Shown: positions 47,236-56,629 of the stretch, piece by piece
Numbering within the stretch: the first letter of the stretch is position 1
How the letters are laid out: the number at the start of each line of letters is the position of its first letter
Source: Vicinamibacteria bacterium
GTDB lineage: Bacteria > Acidobacteriota > Vicinamibacteria > Marinacidobacterales > Marinacidobacteraceae
Assembly: GCA_964291235.2 (NCBI GenBank)
Contig: OZ219816.1
Coordinates: 1,568,001 to 1,632,000 of the forward strand
Direction: 5' to 3'
Length of the DNA: 64,000 nt
Translations under genes and position numbers: made by a program
Notes under the pieces: generated by a model
Seen by the model: the letters and a program-made list of their open reading frames with translations, nothing else
The model's database searches: none
What the model was told of the DNA's origin: nothing

Positions 47236-48432
47236 TCAGCGGTCCGGCCCGGGGACCTCGGTAGCGGCGGATCCGGCCGGTGCCGTTGTTTCCAGCACCG
47301 TTACCCGCATCCCGTCGGCAGCCAGCGAAGGCGGAGAAACCACGAACCGCTCTCCATCCCCGAGGCCGGACCGCACCAGCAGCGCGGCATCTCCCGAAGG
47401 CCAGAGGACTTCCACTTCCCGGATTCGGACCCGATCCTCGTCATCCACCACCAGCACGGTTCCGTCAGCGCGGAAGGCGCTCCGCGGCACGACCGCGATG
47501 CCCGGGAACTCCTTTCCCTGGATCTGCGCCTGCACGAACATGCCGGCGATGAGGGGCGGCCGGCCATCGGCAGTCTCCTGGTAGGGATGGGGAACTTCGA
47601 TCACCGCCGGAAAGAACCGGGTCGCCGGGTCCACCTCCCCCTCCATCCGAGTGAGCCGTCCCTCCCAGGTCCAACGCACCACCGCGGTCGGCGGACCGAG
47701 CATCGCGGTCACCCGGACCGCAGGTCCCTGCTCGACCCGGCCCCGAAACGGCAGATCCACGAGCGCCAGCGCCGCGTCCGGCAGAGCGACGCGCACCTCG
47801 GATACATCCAGGGAAAGCAGTTCCGCCATTTGCATTCCCGGCGTAACCCACTCCCCGACTTCGGCGTCGCGGGACGAAACCAGGCCGGCATGCGGGGCCC
47901 GGACCTCGGTGCTCGCCAGGTCCTCTTCGGCGCGGTCCACAGCGGACCGCGCCGCCGCCACGGCCTCCGCCGCCGCCGCCAACTGCGGCACCCGCAGCGC
48001 GAGCGGATCGGGCTCAGGTTCGGTCTGGTCCCATTCAGCGCGGGCCAGGCCGGCCGAAGCCTCCTCCCGGAGCACCCGAAGCTCGGCTTCGGCGAGGCGG
48101 CTCCGCGCCGCGGCCAGCGCCTCCTCGTAGGCTCCGGGGCGGATGCGGAAGAGGGGAGCACCCTCGGCAACCCGGGCTCCGACATCCAGCCCGTCCGCCG
48201 CCCAGGTCACCTCCCCGGTGGCCCGCGCGGCGACGGTGGTTCGTCTGGCCGATCTGGCCGTACCGTCGGCGGTGACCACCACCCGCTGCATTCCCAGGCG
48301 CACGGTCGCCACTTCAACCTCGGGCAACCGGGTCTCGATCTCCTGGGCCTCCGGTTTCGGGCCGAGAGCCACCAGGAGGGCAACGACAGCGACCGATACC
48401 AGCAGGATCGGAAGAAACAGAAGACGCCGCAT
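47236..48432 (-). CDS. RND periplasmic adaptor (membrane fusion protein)
   Basis: N-terminal TM, lipoyl halves (TEVRAPHAG), VDPATR, GMFVQAQI and VPRSA. Confidence 0.9.
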   Translation of the reverse strand: MRRLLFLPILLVSVAVVALLVALGPKPEAQEIETRLPEVEVATVRLGMQRVVVTADGTARSARRTTVAARATGEVTWAADGLDVGARVAEGAPLFRIRPGAYEEALAAARSRLAEAELRVLREEASAGLARAEWDQTEPEPDPLALRVPQLAAAAEAVAAARSAVDRAEEDLASTEVRAPHAGLVSSRDAEVGEWVTPGMQMAELLSLDVSEVRVALPDAALALVDLPFRGRVEQGPAVRVTAMLGPPTAVVRWTWEGRLTRMEGEVDPATRFFPAVIEVPHPYQETADGRPPLIAGMFVQAQIQGKEFPGIAVVPRSAFRADGTVLVVDDEDRVRIREVEVLWPSGDAALLVRSGLGDGERFVVSPPSLAADGMRVTVLETTAPAGSAATEVPGPDR

Positions 48433-48640
48433 CACAAGCTGGACACCTCCCGCCAGGCGGTCAAGTCGCCGGACGCCAAGCATCCCCACATCACGGAGGC
48501 ACAGTGTACGGCGAAGCGAGCCGCCCCATGCACAGCCGGTGCACTCGCACGCGCCCGGGGAGCGCGGCCGCGACCCCGGACCACCTACACTTCGCCGCGA
48601 ACACCCATGTCGTCCATACGTTGTAGCCGGAGATAGTCCG

Positions 48641-49477
48641 TTGCGTTTGTGGGCGCTGTCGGATCTCCACGTCTCCCATCCGGCAAACCGGGACGCGCTG
48701 GAGGATTTTCCTTCCCACCCCGACGACTGGCTGATCCTGCCAGGAGACGTCACGGACGGTGCACAACGGTTCGACTGGCTCCTCCGGCAGTTGACCCCGA
48801 AGTTTCGCCGGGTCGTCTGGACACCGGGGAACCACGAGTTGTGGACGGTCCCGGGCGAGAATTCGGAGCTGCGCGGGGTCGCGCTCTACGAACGACTGGT
48901 CGCCATCGCCCGCAGTCACGGCGTCCTGACCCCGGAGGATCCCTATCCGGTCGTCGAGCACCGGGACGGGAACGTCCTGATCGCACCCCTGTTCCTGCTC
49001 TACGACTACAGCTTCCGGCCGCGGCACGTTGCCCGTGATCAGGTCATTCGCTGGGCTCGCGAAACCCGGGCGGTCTGTTCCGACGAGTACCTGCTGCATC
49101 CCGACCCATTCCCCGATCGGGACTCCTGGTGCGCGGCGCGCTGCACCGCCGCCGCCTCCCGGCTCGCGTCCGCTCCCGCGGAAATCCCCAAGGTCCTGAT
49201 CAATCATTTCCCGCTGGAGGAGGAACACGCAGTGCTCCCCCGGGTACCCCGTTTCACACCGTGGTGCGGAACCCGCAGGACGAGCGGCTGGCACCGGCGC
49301 TTTGGCGCCTGCGCGGTGGTGTATGGCCACCTGCACATCCGGGGGACTCGCTGGTTGGACGGCGTTCCCTTCCAGGAGGTTTCGCTCGGCTACCCGCGGC
49401 AATGGGACCGCGTTCGCGGGGTCGGCGCCTACCTGCGGGAGGTGCAACTGGCGCCGGTGGGCGCCGGCCCCCGATGA
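48641..49477 (+). CDS. metallophosphoesterase, PptH (Rv2795c)-like phosphopantetheinyl hydrolase
   Basis: TTG start after GGAG; LWALSDLH, DWLILPGDV, PGNHELW, LFLLYDYSF, NHFPL, WCGT, YGHLH and EVSLGYPRQW. Confidence 0.8.
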   Translation: MRLWALSDLHVSHPANRDALEDFPSHPDDWLILPGDVTDGAQRFDWLLRQLTPKFRRVVWTPGNHELWTVPGENSELRGVALYERLVAIARSHGVLTPEDPYPVVEHRDGNVLIAPLFLLYDYSFRPRHVARDQVIRWARETRAVCSDEYLLHPDPFPDRDSWCAARCTAAASRLASAPAEIPKVLINHFPLEEEHAVLPRVPRFTPWCGTRRTSGWHRRFGACAVVYGHLHIRGTRWLDGVPFQEVSLGYPRQWDRVRGVGAYLREVQLAPVGAGPR

Positions 49478-50214
49478 CAAGCCGGCACGACCCGTGGTGG
49501 AGCCCGTGGCGCGAGTCCGCAGACACGCTCATCCTCCACGTGAACCTCCGGCCCGACGAGGAGCGGGAGAAGCGGGCGCTCGATCTGCTCGATGAAAGCG
49601 AACGGCATCGGTGGGACCGTTTCGTGGTGCAACGCGCCAAGCGTCAGTTCTCCCTCTGCCGCGCGGCGCTTCGGATCCACCTGTGCGAACGGTTGGGCTG
49701 CCAGAACCACGAACTCTCGTTCGGCTATCTGGAACACGGCAAGCCGTTCGCCCAGGTGAACGGGGCTCCCTCGCCGGTCAGCTTCAACGTGAGCCATAGC
49801 GGCAGCCACGGCCTCATCGCGTTCGCCGAGCACGATGGTCTCGGCATCGACCTGGAGGAGCGCGCCCCGGGCCGGAACTTCGACGGCATCGGGAGCAGCG
49901 TTTACGGCCCGGCGGAACAGCGGGCGCTCACCGCGGCTGAAGGCCGGGAGAAGGCCGACCTCTTCTACCGCCTCTGGAGCCTCAAGGAAGCCCTGATTAA
50001 GGCGCTCGGCACGGGCTTCTCGCTGAACCCGTCCCGGTTCGAGGTTCCGCGGTCCATACTCGAAGGCGGGCGCGCGTCCATGTTCCGCTTCCCGGACCGA
50101 TCACCCAACCCCTTCTGGCTGGAAGATCTGGGAGAGGCCCGATTCGCGGCCGCGATCGCCTACCGCCTGCCTTCAGGGCACACCGGCTCCAACCTCCGCG
50201 TCAGCGCGAGCTGA
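49474..50214 (+). CDS. Sfp-type 4'-phosphopantetheinyl transferase
   Basis: HGKP, FNVSHSG, LGIDLE and WSLKEALIKA; ATGA overlap with the upstream gene. Confidence 0.92.
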   Translation: MTSRHDPWWSPWRESADTLILHVNLRPDEEREKRALDLLDESERHRWDRFVVQRAKRQFSLCRAALRIHLCERLGCQNHELSFGYLEHGKPFAQVNGAPSPVSFNVSHSGSHGLIAFAEHDGLGIDLEERAPGRNFDGIGSSVYGPAEQRALTAAEGREKADLFYRLWSLKEALIKALGTGFSLNPSRFEVPRSILEGGRASMFRFPDRSPNPFWLEDLGEARFAAAIAYRLPSGHTGSNLRVSAS

Positions 50215-51109
50215 AGCCACTCCGGTCGAGAAACTCCACCGTCAGCCGGGCGCATTCCTCGGGCCGCTCGAGCTGGGCCAGGTGGGTCGTCCCCTCCACG
50301 ACCCGAAAGTCCACCGACGCCACTCCGCTCAGATCGCACGGCGGGACAAAGTAGTGCGGGAGATTCGGGTCGGCTCCGACCACGAGGACCGGCAGCGGCA
50401 GCGAGTCCGGGGCTACCAGGCGTGCGAAATCGGGTGTCGAAGTCAGGATTCTCGCCTCGTAGTCGGGTGGGCACCGGAGTTCCCAGCCTCCGCCGGGTGC
50501 GCTGCGGAGCGTCGTCTGCGCCATCAGCCGTAGTGCCATCGGGCCAAGGCGCGCCATCGCCGGCTGGGCGGCCATGAGGTCGATGAACTCTTCCCGGCTC
50601 CGGAACCGAAACCCACGGATCCGGGTTCGCGCCGCCGCCCGCCGGCAGGCCAGGCTCAGGGCCCGCAGGGCGCCCGTCCCGTGCGAGAGCGGCGGTTCAA
50701 AGAGAACGAGGGTCGCATACGAGGCGCCGAGGGAAGGCGACAGGAGGGCCGCCAGACACGAAAGCGAGTGGAACACGCCGGCCCGGGGCCGCATCCCGAA
50801 GGCCTGGTCCACGGCCCTTCCGACGGCCTCGACGTCGCGGCAGAGGGTCGGGATGGTGTGCCTCGCGATGGCTGCCCGCGGGCCCTCGCCGTGATTCCGG
50901 AGGTCGAACAGGACGAGATCGAACTCGTCCAGCAGCAGCGACCAGTAGGGGTGGTAGAGATCGATGGCAAGTCCGTTGCCATGGCTCAGCAGCAGCCGGG
51001 GACCGTTCGGATTGCCATACCGCCGCACCGGCATCGTGATCCCGCCATCCAGCCGGGCCTCGATGGTGGACGCCGGAGGCGGCAGCGCCGGGGATGCAAG
51101 GGTCTCCAT
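50201..51109 (-). CDS. alpha/beta hydrolase
   Basis: SHGNG oxyanion loop, FDLRNHG, nucleophile FHSLS and THLAQLERP. Confidence 0.85.
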   Translation of the reverse strand: METLASPALPPPASTIEARLDGGITMPVRRYGNPNGPRLLLSHGNGLAIDLYHPYWSLLLDEFDLVLFDLRNHGEGPRAAIARHTIPTLCRDVEAVGRAVDQAFGMRPRAGVFHSLSCLAALLSPSLGASYATLVLFEPPLSHGTGALRALSLACRRAAARTRIRGFRFRSREEFIDLMAAQPAMARLGPMALRLMAQTTLRSAPGGGWELRCPPDYEARILTSTPDFARLVAPDSLPLPVLVVGADPNLPHYFVPPCDLSGVASVDFRVVEGTTHLAQLERPEECARLTVEFLDRSGFSSR

Positions 51110-51177
51110 GGGAGGTTCGACCGCTACCCCGGCCGCCCCGGGGCATGGTGGTGCCGCGCCCCGGTCCGCTCAGGGAG

Positions 51178-53250
51178 TCAGTTCCCTTCGGCCTCCGGCA
51201 GCGCCAGCGCCACGTAGGACTCCGGCACCCGGCCCTGCTGGCCGGTCTGCACCACGATGTACTGCTTTCCCTCGTGCATGTAGGTCATCATCCCGTACAT
51301 CCCGGGCGCCGGCAGCTCCACCGAACCGACCCGTTCGCCAGTCCGCTTGTTGTGAGCATGCACCACCGGCTTGCCCCGCATGCCCTCGGTCGTCAGCAGT
51401 AGATCGCCGCTCACCATGAGGATGGAGCGGCCCTGGCCGCCGACCGTGGAGAGATCCTTCCCCTCGAGCGCGGGATGGTTCTTGATCCGGTCGTTGGGCT
51501 CGCCGACGGGAATCCACCAGAGGTGTTCGCCGGTGTTCATGTCGATTGCGGTCACCCGGCTATAGGGCGGCTTGTAGATGGGCAGCCCCTCCGGACCCGC
51601 GATCCCGATCGCCCGGTAGTTGACCCAGTCCGCGACCATCTCACCGATGGTGGTGCACTTGCCGCTCGGCGAGGTGCACTCGTGCTCCGGCCGGTCGGCG
51701 TCCACCCCTGGCTGCACGATACGTCCCGAGCAGGCCGGGCCGGAGGACTGGTAGAGGATCCCGGTCGCGGGGTCGAGCGCGGCCGGGTGGGTGATGTTGA
51801 CCGCGGAGTGGACGCCGCAGGCGATCCACCCCTTGTTCTCGTCGTATCCCTTGGGAATCGGAGGCATGTAGGGGCCGCCGACCGTGTACTGGGAGACGAT
51901 CTCGATGGCCTTTTGCCGCAGTTCCGGGGTGTAGTCGATCAGGTTGTCCTCGCTGAGGTCGAGCATCTCGACCGGTGCGGGCTTCGTCGGGACCGGCTGG
52001 GTCGGAGACAGCTTTTCGCCCGGCACGATGGACTGCGGAACCGGCTGCTCTTCAATGGGCCACACCGGCTCGCCCGTCTCCCGGTTGAATGCGAAGGTGT
52101 AACCCTGCTTGGTGGTCTGGATCGCCATCGGCACCTTCTCGCCGTTCACCTCCACATCCACCAGGATCGGGACGTTCGGGAGATCGTGGTTCCAGATCGG
52201 GTGGTGGGTGGTCTGGAAGTGCCAGACCCGCTCCCCGGTCTGCGCGTTGAGCGCGATCACACTGGTCCCGAACAGGTTGTCCCCGGGCCGGAACCCGCCG
52301 TAGAAGTCGATGGTCGGCGCGTTGGTGGGGATGTACACGATGTCCCGCTCGAGGTCGGCCGACAGCGGAGCCCACGAGGAGACGTCCCCGGTCCACTTCC
52401 AGGCGTCGTTCTCCCAGGTGCTGGCGGCGAAGTCGTCCTCCGAGCGCGGGGTGACGTTGAACTTCCACTTGAAGTCGCCGGTGCGGGCGTCGAACGCGAG
52501 GATGTCGCCGGGAACGTTCTCGATGCGGGTCTGGTGGTATCCCTGCGCGTGGGAGTTCCCCACCACGATGGTCCCGTTCACCACGATCGGGGGCGAGGAA
52601 TTCGTGATGTACCCGACGGTGGGGGCCAAACCCTCGTAGGGGTCGTAGTTGTAGCCGAAGTGGGCGAGGAGGTCCACGACGCCGGTCTTCGGGAATCCCG
52701 GGATGTCCACCGGGGCGCCGAAGCCTTCGATGTGTTCCCCGGTCTCGCCGTCGAACGCGTGCAGGAAGAACCCTGGCGAGACCACGTAAATGACGACCTT
52801 CCCGTCGATCTCGGCGTAGGCGACGCCCTTGCCGTAGCTCGAGCGCATCGACTCCTCCCAGCGCCGCGTGGTGGGTTCGGTGTAGGTCCACAGGGTCTCA
52901 CCGCTCACCGGGTCCATCGAAACCACCGCCCGCCGGTAGCCCACCACGGTGTAGAGCTTGCCGTTGATGTAGCTCGGGGTGGACTTCGAGAGAAAGCTCG
53001 GCTTCGGCCCGAAGTTGTCGCCCCGCCACATCCAGGCGACCTCCAGGTCGCTGAAATTGTCCGCGTTGATGTCGTTGAGCGGCGAGGAGCGGGTTCCCCA
53101 GGCGTCTCCACTCTGGTAACGCCATTCCCCCTCGGGCATATCGCGGTTTTGCGCCACGAGGGGCACCGCCAGCAGCAGCGCGACGGCCAGGATGCCGGCG
53201 ATCCGCGCGGGGCGTTTCCGGGGCGCGCAAACAGGGCTCAATCGGGTCAT
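51178..53250 (-). CDS. PQQ-dependent dehydrogenase (quinoprotein glucose dehydrogenase-like)
   Basis: Signal peptide; PGDILAFDARTG, WHFQTTHHPIWNHD, TKQGYTFAFNRETGEP and MTYMHEGKQYIV. Confidence 0.88.
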   Translation of the reverse strand: MTRLSPVCAPRKRPARIAGILAVALLLAVPLVAQNRDMPEGEWRYQSGDAWGTRSSPLNDINADNFSDLEVAWMWRGDNFGPKPSFLSKSTPSYINGKLYTVVGYRRAVVSMDPVSGETLWTYTEPTTRRWEESMRSSYGKGVAYAEIDGKVVIYVVSPGFFLHAFDGETGEHIEGFGAPVDIPGFPKTGVVDLLAHFGYNYDPYEGLAPTVGYITNSSPPIVVNGTIVVGNSHAQGYHQTRIENVPGDILAFDARTGDFKWKFNVTPRSEDDFAASTWENDAWKWTGDVSSWAPLSADLERDIVYIPTNAPTIDFYGGFRPGDNLFGTSVIALNAQTGERVWHFQTTHHPIWNHDLPNVPILVDVEVNGEKVPMAIQTTKQGYTFAFNRETGEPVWPIEEQPVPQSIVPGEKLSPTQPVPTKPAPVEMLDLSEDNLIDYTPELRQKAIEIVSQYTVGGPYMPPIPKGYDENKGWIACGVHSAVNITHPAALDPATGILYQSSGPACSGRIVQPGVDADRPEHECTSPSGKCTTIGEMVADWVNYRAIGIAGPEGLPIYKPPYSRVTAIDMNTGEHLWWIPVGEPNDRIKNHPALEGKDLSTVGGQGRSILMVSGDLLLTTEGMRGKPVVHAHNKRTGERVGSVELPAPGMYGMMTYMHEGKQYIVVQTGQQGRVPESYVALALPEAEGN

Positions 53251-53329
53251 CTGGATCCTCCCGAGGTTGTGAGAACGGTGAATCGTAAGGCTTTCACCAA
53301 CGCGCCGAAAGTCTGGAAGTTCCCCTCGG

Positions 53330-55396
53330 CTACCGCAGGACGTCCAGCAGATTCGAATGGTCATCGGTCCAGAGGAACCGGCTGCCGGGTTCGGCAGCCT
53401 CCCCGGTCCAGGGTTCCGCCCGCCCGAGCAGACTCGGATCGGTGATGAGATCGGCGTTCAGACTCAGCACGACCCAGGTCGCGGTGTAACGGAACGCTTC
53501 CGGTTCGGGATCGCTCACGGTCAGCAGCGACAGCAGGTCCAGGCGAAGACCCTGAGCGCGGATCACCGGGGCGAGATCCACGTGACGGTTCGAAATGTGG
53601 ACCGCGATCGTGCCCCCGGGAGCCAGTCGGCTCCGGTAGAGGTCGAACGCCTCGGCGGTGAGCAGATGGACCGGGATGGCGTCCCCCGCAAAGGCGTCGA
53701 GCACGATCACGTCGAACTCCGGTTCCCCGGCCTCATCTTCCCGCGCCAGACTCAGCCGGCCGTCGCCGAGTTCCACCTCCACCTCCGCCAGCGTATCGGT
53801 GAGGAAGGTGAAGAACCCGTGCGCCGCGTCCACCACCTGCGGATCGATCTCGTAAAAGCGGAACAGATCCCCGCGCCGCCCGTGGACCGCGATGGAACCG
53901 GTCCCGAGGCCGACGACCGCCACCCGGAGCGGCCGCACCAGCCGCCGGTGCGGATGCCGGTTCAGGACCGCCTCGATGCCGGTGCCCTCGTAGTAATAGA
54001 GAGTCGGTTCGCGGCGGCGGCCGGGAGCGAACCACTGGGAACCGTGGGCGATCCCGCCGTGCCACATGTCGCGCCGCCACTCCGGGGTGCCCGGATAGGC
54101 CTCCATCACCCGAACCACGCCGAAGAAGTTCCGGGTCGCGGTCAGCGGACGCCGGTGCTCGAGCGCGCTGATCGCGATGGCGATCCCGAGCGTCGCCGCG
54201 GGAACCGCCTTCCACGCGAAAGCCCCCCGCCCCTTCACGGTGGGCCGGCCGACGACAAAGCCGACCACTACGGCGAGCACCAGCGCGAGCGGGTACTCCC
54301 AGACGTTCGGGAACAACAACGGACTGGCAACCGAGGCGAAGAGTCCGCCGAGAGCTCCCCCGGCGGTCATGGACAGATAAAAGCCGGTGAGCCGGGACGG
54401 CTCCGGCTTCCGGCGGGCGATTTCGCCGTGGATGACCCAGCAGCCGGTGAACAGGAACGCGAGCGCGGCGGCCGCGTGCGCGAGCAGGGCGCTGTCCAGG
54501 CCGTAGGTGATGTCCTGGAACCACACGTAAAAGCACGCCGCCACCGAGATGAGCAGGAGCGGCACGAGGAACCGCCGGGGATAGGGGTCTCCGCCCCGGA
54601 AGGCGAGGATGAACGTCAGCAGGTAGAGGGCGAGGGGCGCGATCCAGAGGAACGGAACCGCCGCGACGTCCCGGGTCAGATGCGTCGTAACCGCAACCAG
54701 CGCCAGGGAGCCGGCAGCCGCGAGCAGGCACGGTGAGACCTGGAAGCGCGCGGGGCCGACCCGGTCGGGCGCCGCCGCACCTTGTCCCCGCGCGGAGAGC
54801 AGGCCCGCGAGGATCGTGACGGTAGCCAGGATGAGGAACCCGCCGGACCACAACCTCGCCTGTCCGACCAGGCCCAGAAGAGGCTCGAGCAGCAGCGGAT
54901 AGAGGAGGAGACCAATGAGGGATCCGGCGTTCGAGAGCGCATAGAGCCGGTAAACATCCGGCGGCGCCTGACCGGTTGCTTCCCTACCGACCCCCCGAGC
55001 CACCCACGCGGACACCAGCGGGGTGGTCGCGGCGAGCGCGAAGAAACCCGGTCCCAGCGTCACCAGCAGAGTGAGGAGAATCCAGCCCGCGGGAGCTTCT
55101 CCACCCTCCGGAGCCCAGCCCGCCGCGGGGAGGGGCGGCAGACAGAGCAGGGCGGCGACGGCCAGCACGACGGCGTGCACCGCGGCCTGAAGCCGGGGCG
55201 TCAGTCGGGTCACCAGCAGGTGCGCATACAGGTACCCGCCCAGCAGCACCGTCTGAAAGAAGAAGAGCGCGACCGCCCACACCATCGGCGCCCCGCCGTA
55301 CCAGGGGAGGAGGCTCCGCGCCGAAAGCGGCTGGACCAGGAAGAGCAGCAGCGCGCCCAGAAAGACGGCGGCGCCGGAGAGCCAGATTCTGCCCAT
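53330..55396 (-). CDS. fused membrane / spermidine-synthase-like SAM-binding protein
   Basis: LLFLVQP, YALSNAGSL, RNFFG, VVGLGTG, YEID, GDGR, LDAF and WTDD. Confidence 0.88.
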   Translation of the reverse strand: MGRIWLSGAAVFLGALLLFLVQPLSARSLLPWYGGAPMVWAVALFFFQTVLLGGYLYAHLLVTRLTPRLQAAVHAVVLAVAALLCLPPLPAAGWAPEGGEAPAGWILLTLLVTLGPGFFALAATTPLVSAWVARGVGREATGQAPPDVYRLYALSNAGSLIGLLLYPLLLEPLLGLVGQARLWSGGFLILATVTILAGLLSARGQGAAAPDRVGPARFQVSPCLLAAAGSLALVAVTTHLTRDVAAVPFLWIAPLALYLLTFILAFRGGDPYPRRFLVPLLLISVAACFYVWFQDITYGLDSALLAHAAAALAFLFTGCWVIHGEIARRKPEPSRLTGFYLSMTAGGALGGLFASVASPLLFPNVWEYPLALVLAVVVGFVVGRPTVKGRGAFAWKAVPAATLGIAIAISALEHRRPLTATRNFFGVVRVMEAYPGTPEWRRDMWHGGIAHGSQWFAPGRRREPTLYYYEGTGIEAVLNRHPHRRLVRPLRVAVVGLGTGSIAVHGRRGDLFRFYEIDPQVVDAAHGFFTFLTDTLAEVEVELGDGRLSLAREDEAGEPEFDVIVLDAFAGDAIPVHLLTAEAFDLYRSRLAPGGTIAVHISNRHVDLAPVIRAQGLRLDLLSLLTVSDPEPEAFRYTATWVVLSLNADLITDPSLLGRAEPWTGEAAEPGSRFLWTDDHSNLLDVLR

Positions 55397-55406
55397 GGGA
55401 AGGGTC

Positions 55407-55485
55407 AACAGCCTGTGGTGAAGCGCACGCGAGCACCGAGGCACCCACCGGGAGAACCAAGCCACGTGACTTTGTCCACAGGCTG
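55407..55485. mobile_element. mini-MITE, family B
   Basis: Inverted ends CAGCCTGTGG (55409-55418) / CCACAGGCTG (55476-55485); the left part matches the reverse complement of the 10497 end. Confidence 0.65.
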
Positions 55486-55503
55486 CTTAAAATACGGGCT
55501 GTT

Positions 55504-56094
55504 ATGAAGAAGCGTCGATCGCCCCGCTCCTCCGGAGCTTCTCGTCCCGGCAACCCTCCGGCCTCCCCGCCAACCATCAAACCGGCTGTGGCGCAGAAGG
55601 GATGGGGCGCTGCCCCGATCCTCGCGATCGGCCTGCTGGTGGCCGGCGCCGCGGTGTTTTTCGTCGCCACCTTCGAGGACTCCACGGTGGAGAGCAGCCT
55701 GCAGCCGGCCTCGGACCTGTCCGCTTCCGCCTACAACCTCGGAAACCAGGCCGCGAAACCCTTTCCCTACTACGACTCGGTGGAGGAGGCGCGCCCCTTC
55801 CCGGTGACGCTCCCGCCGAACACGTACACGAACGAGACGCTGCAGACGACCTACCAGATCGCCAAGGAGATTCCCGAAGTACTGGTTCAGTTGCCGTGCC
55901 TTTGCGGGTGCCACGGCGCCTCCGAGGATCACGGGAGCCTCCTCGACTGCTACGTGGACAACCACGCGGCCACTTGAAGCACCTGTCTCCAGGAGGTCCT
56001 CCTGGCTGAGCAGATGCACGAAGACGGAGCGAGTGCCGACGAAATCCGCGAGGCGATCTACGAACACGAGTTCACGGAAATCCCGCTGAGGTAG
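55504..56094 (+). CDS. PCYCGC-motif membrane-anchored protein, probable selenoprotein (TGA 55975-55977 = Sec), 196 aa
   Basis: LPCLCGC..HGSLLDCY..HAAT-TGA-STCLQEV..ADEIREAI; frame stays open to TAG 56092-56094; SECIS-like hairpin follows the TGA. Confidence 0.85.
55978..56017 (+). promoter_or_regulatory. bacterial SECIS-like hairpin
   Basis: CCAGGAG (55989-55995) pairs with CTCCTGG (55999-56005) with apical G 19 nt after TGA; imperfect lower stem GCACCTGTCTC/GAGCAGATGC. Confidence 0.75.
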
Positions 56095-56135
56095 CGCGAA
56101 CCGCCGGGAGGCACGGCGTTTCGGCCCCGCTTTCG

Positions 56136-56207
56136 GCTAGCAGCCGGCGGACAAGGTCACGCGGCGCAGTTCTCGGTGGTCACGCCCCTTGGCCACCGGC
56201 TGCTAGC
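56136..56207. mobile_element. mini-MITE, family B (inverted relative to the 55407 copy)
   Basis: Perfect 12-bp inverted ends GCTAGCAGCCGG / CCGGCTGCTAGC; interior GGACAAGGTCACGCGGC matches the reverse complement of the 55407 copy (GGACAAAGTCACGTGGC). Confidence 0.65.
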
Positions 56208-56628
56208 GCTCCCGCCAGTAGAGCGGATTCGGCCGGTACCGGGGGTACGCCCAGGGCAGTTCGTCCATGAGATCGTCCGCGCCGGGAACGGACGCCGCGT
56301 CGCCGGCGGGCGCACCCGCCGAGTTTCCCGAAGGAGCACGCGGGCCGTGCTCTTCCTCAAGGTAGTCGAGCACCTTCTCCTGAACATCGGACTCGAGCGG
56401 CGGCATTCCCATACCGATCATCATGTCGAGAACCTCTTCCCACTGCTCGCGGTCGAGGCGTGCGGACCGGATGTAACTGTCGTCGTGACAGAAAAAACAG
56501 TTCTCTTCAACGAGTGCCCGGCCTTCGTCCTGCTGGCCGAAGGCGCGCGGAGTGCTGCGGTCGTCCGGTTCGGCGAAGGCGAGGAGCGGCAGTGCCGCGA
56601 ACACGACAGCGAGCAGCGGACGTTTCAT
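56203..56628 (-). CDS. monoheme cytochrome c (SorB-like)
   Basis: Signal peptide, CFFCH heme motif, W...LDMM..MGM and VLDYL; directly downstream of the molybdoenzyme. Confidence 0.85.
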   Translation of the reverse strand: MKRPLLAVVFAALPLLAFAEPDDRSTPRAFGQQDEGRALVEENCFFCHDDSYIRSARLDREQWEEVLDMMIGMGMPPLESDVQEKVLDYLEEEHGPRAPSGNSAGAPAGDAASVPGADDLMDELPWAYPRYRPNPLYWRER

Positions 56629-56629
56629 T

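Noticed and set aside
45742-48636. 964-aa plus-strand ORF and similar long Arg/Gly/His-rich ORFs across the window
   Set aside because: Antisense or off-frame shadows of real genes, expected at high GC; no recognisable motifs.
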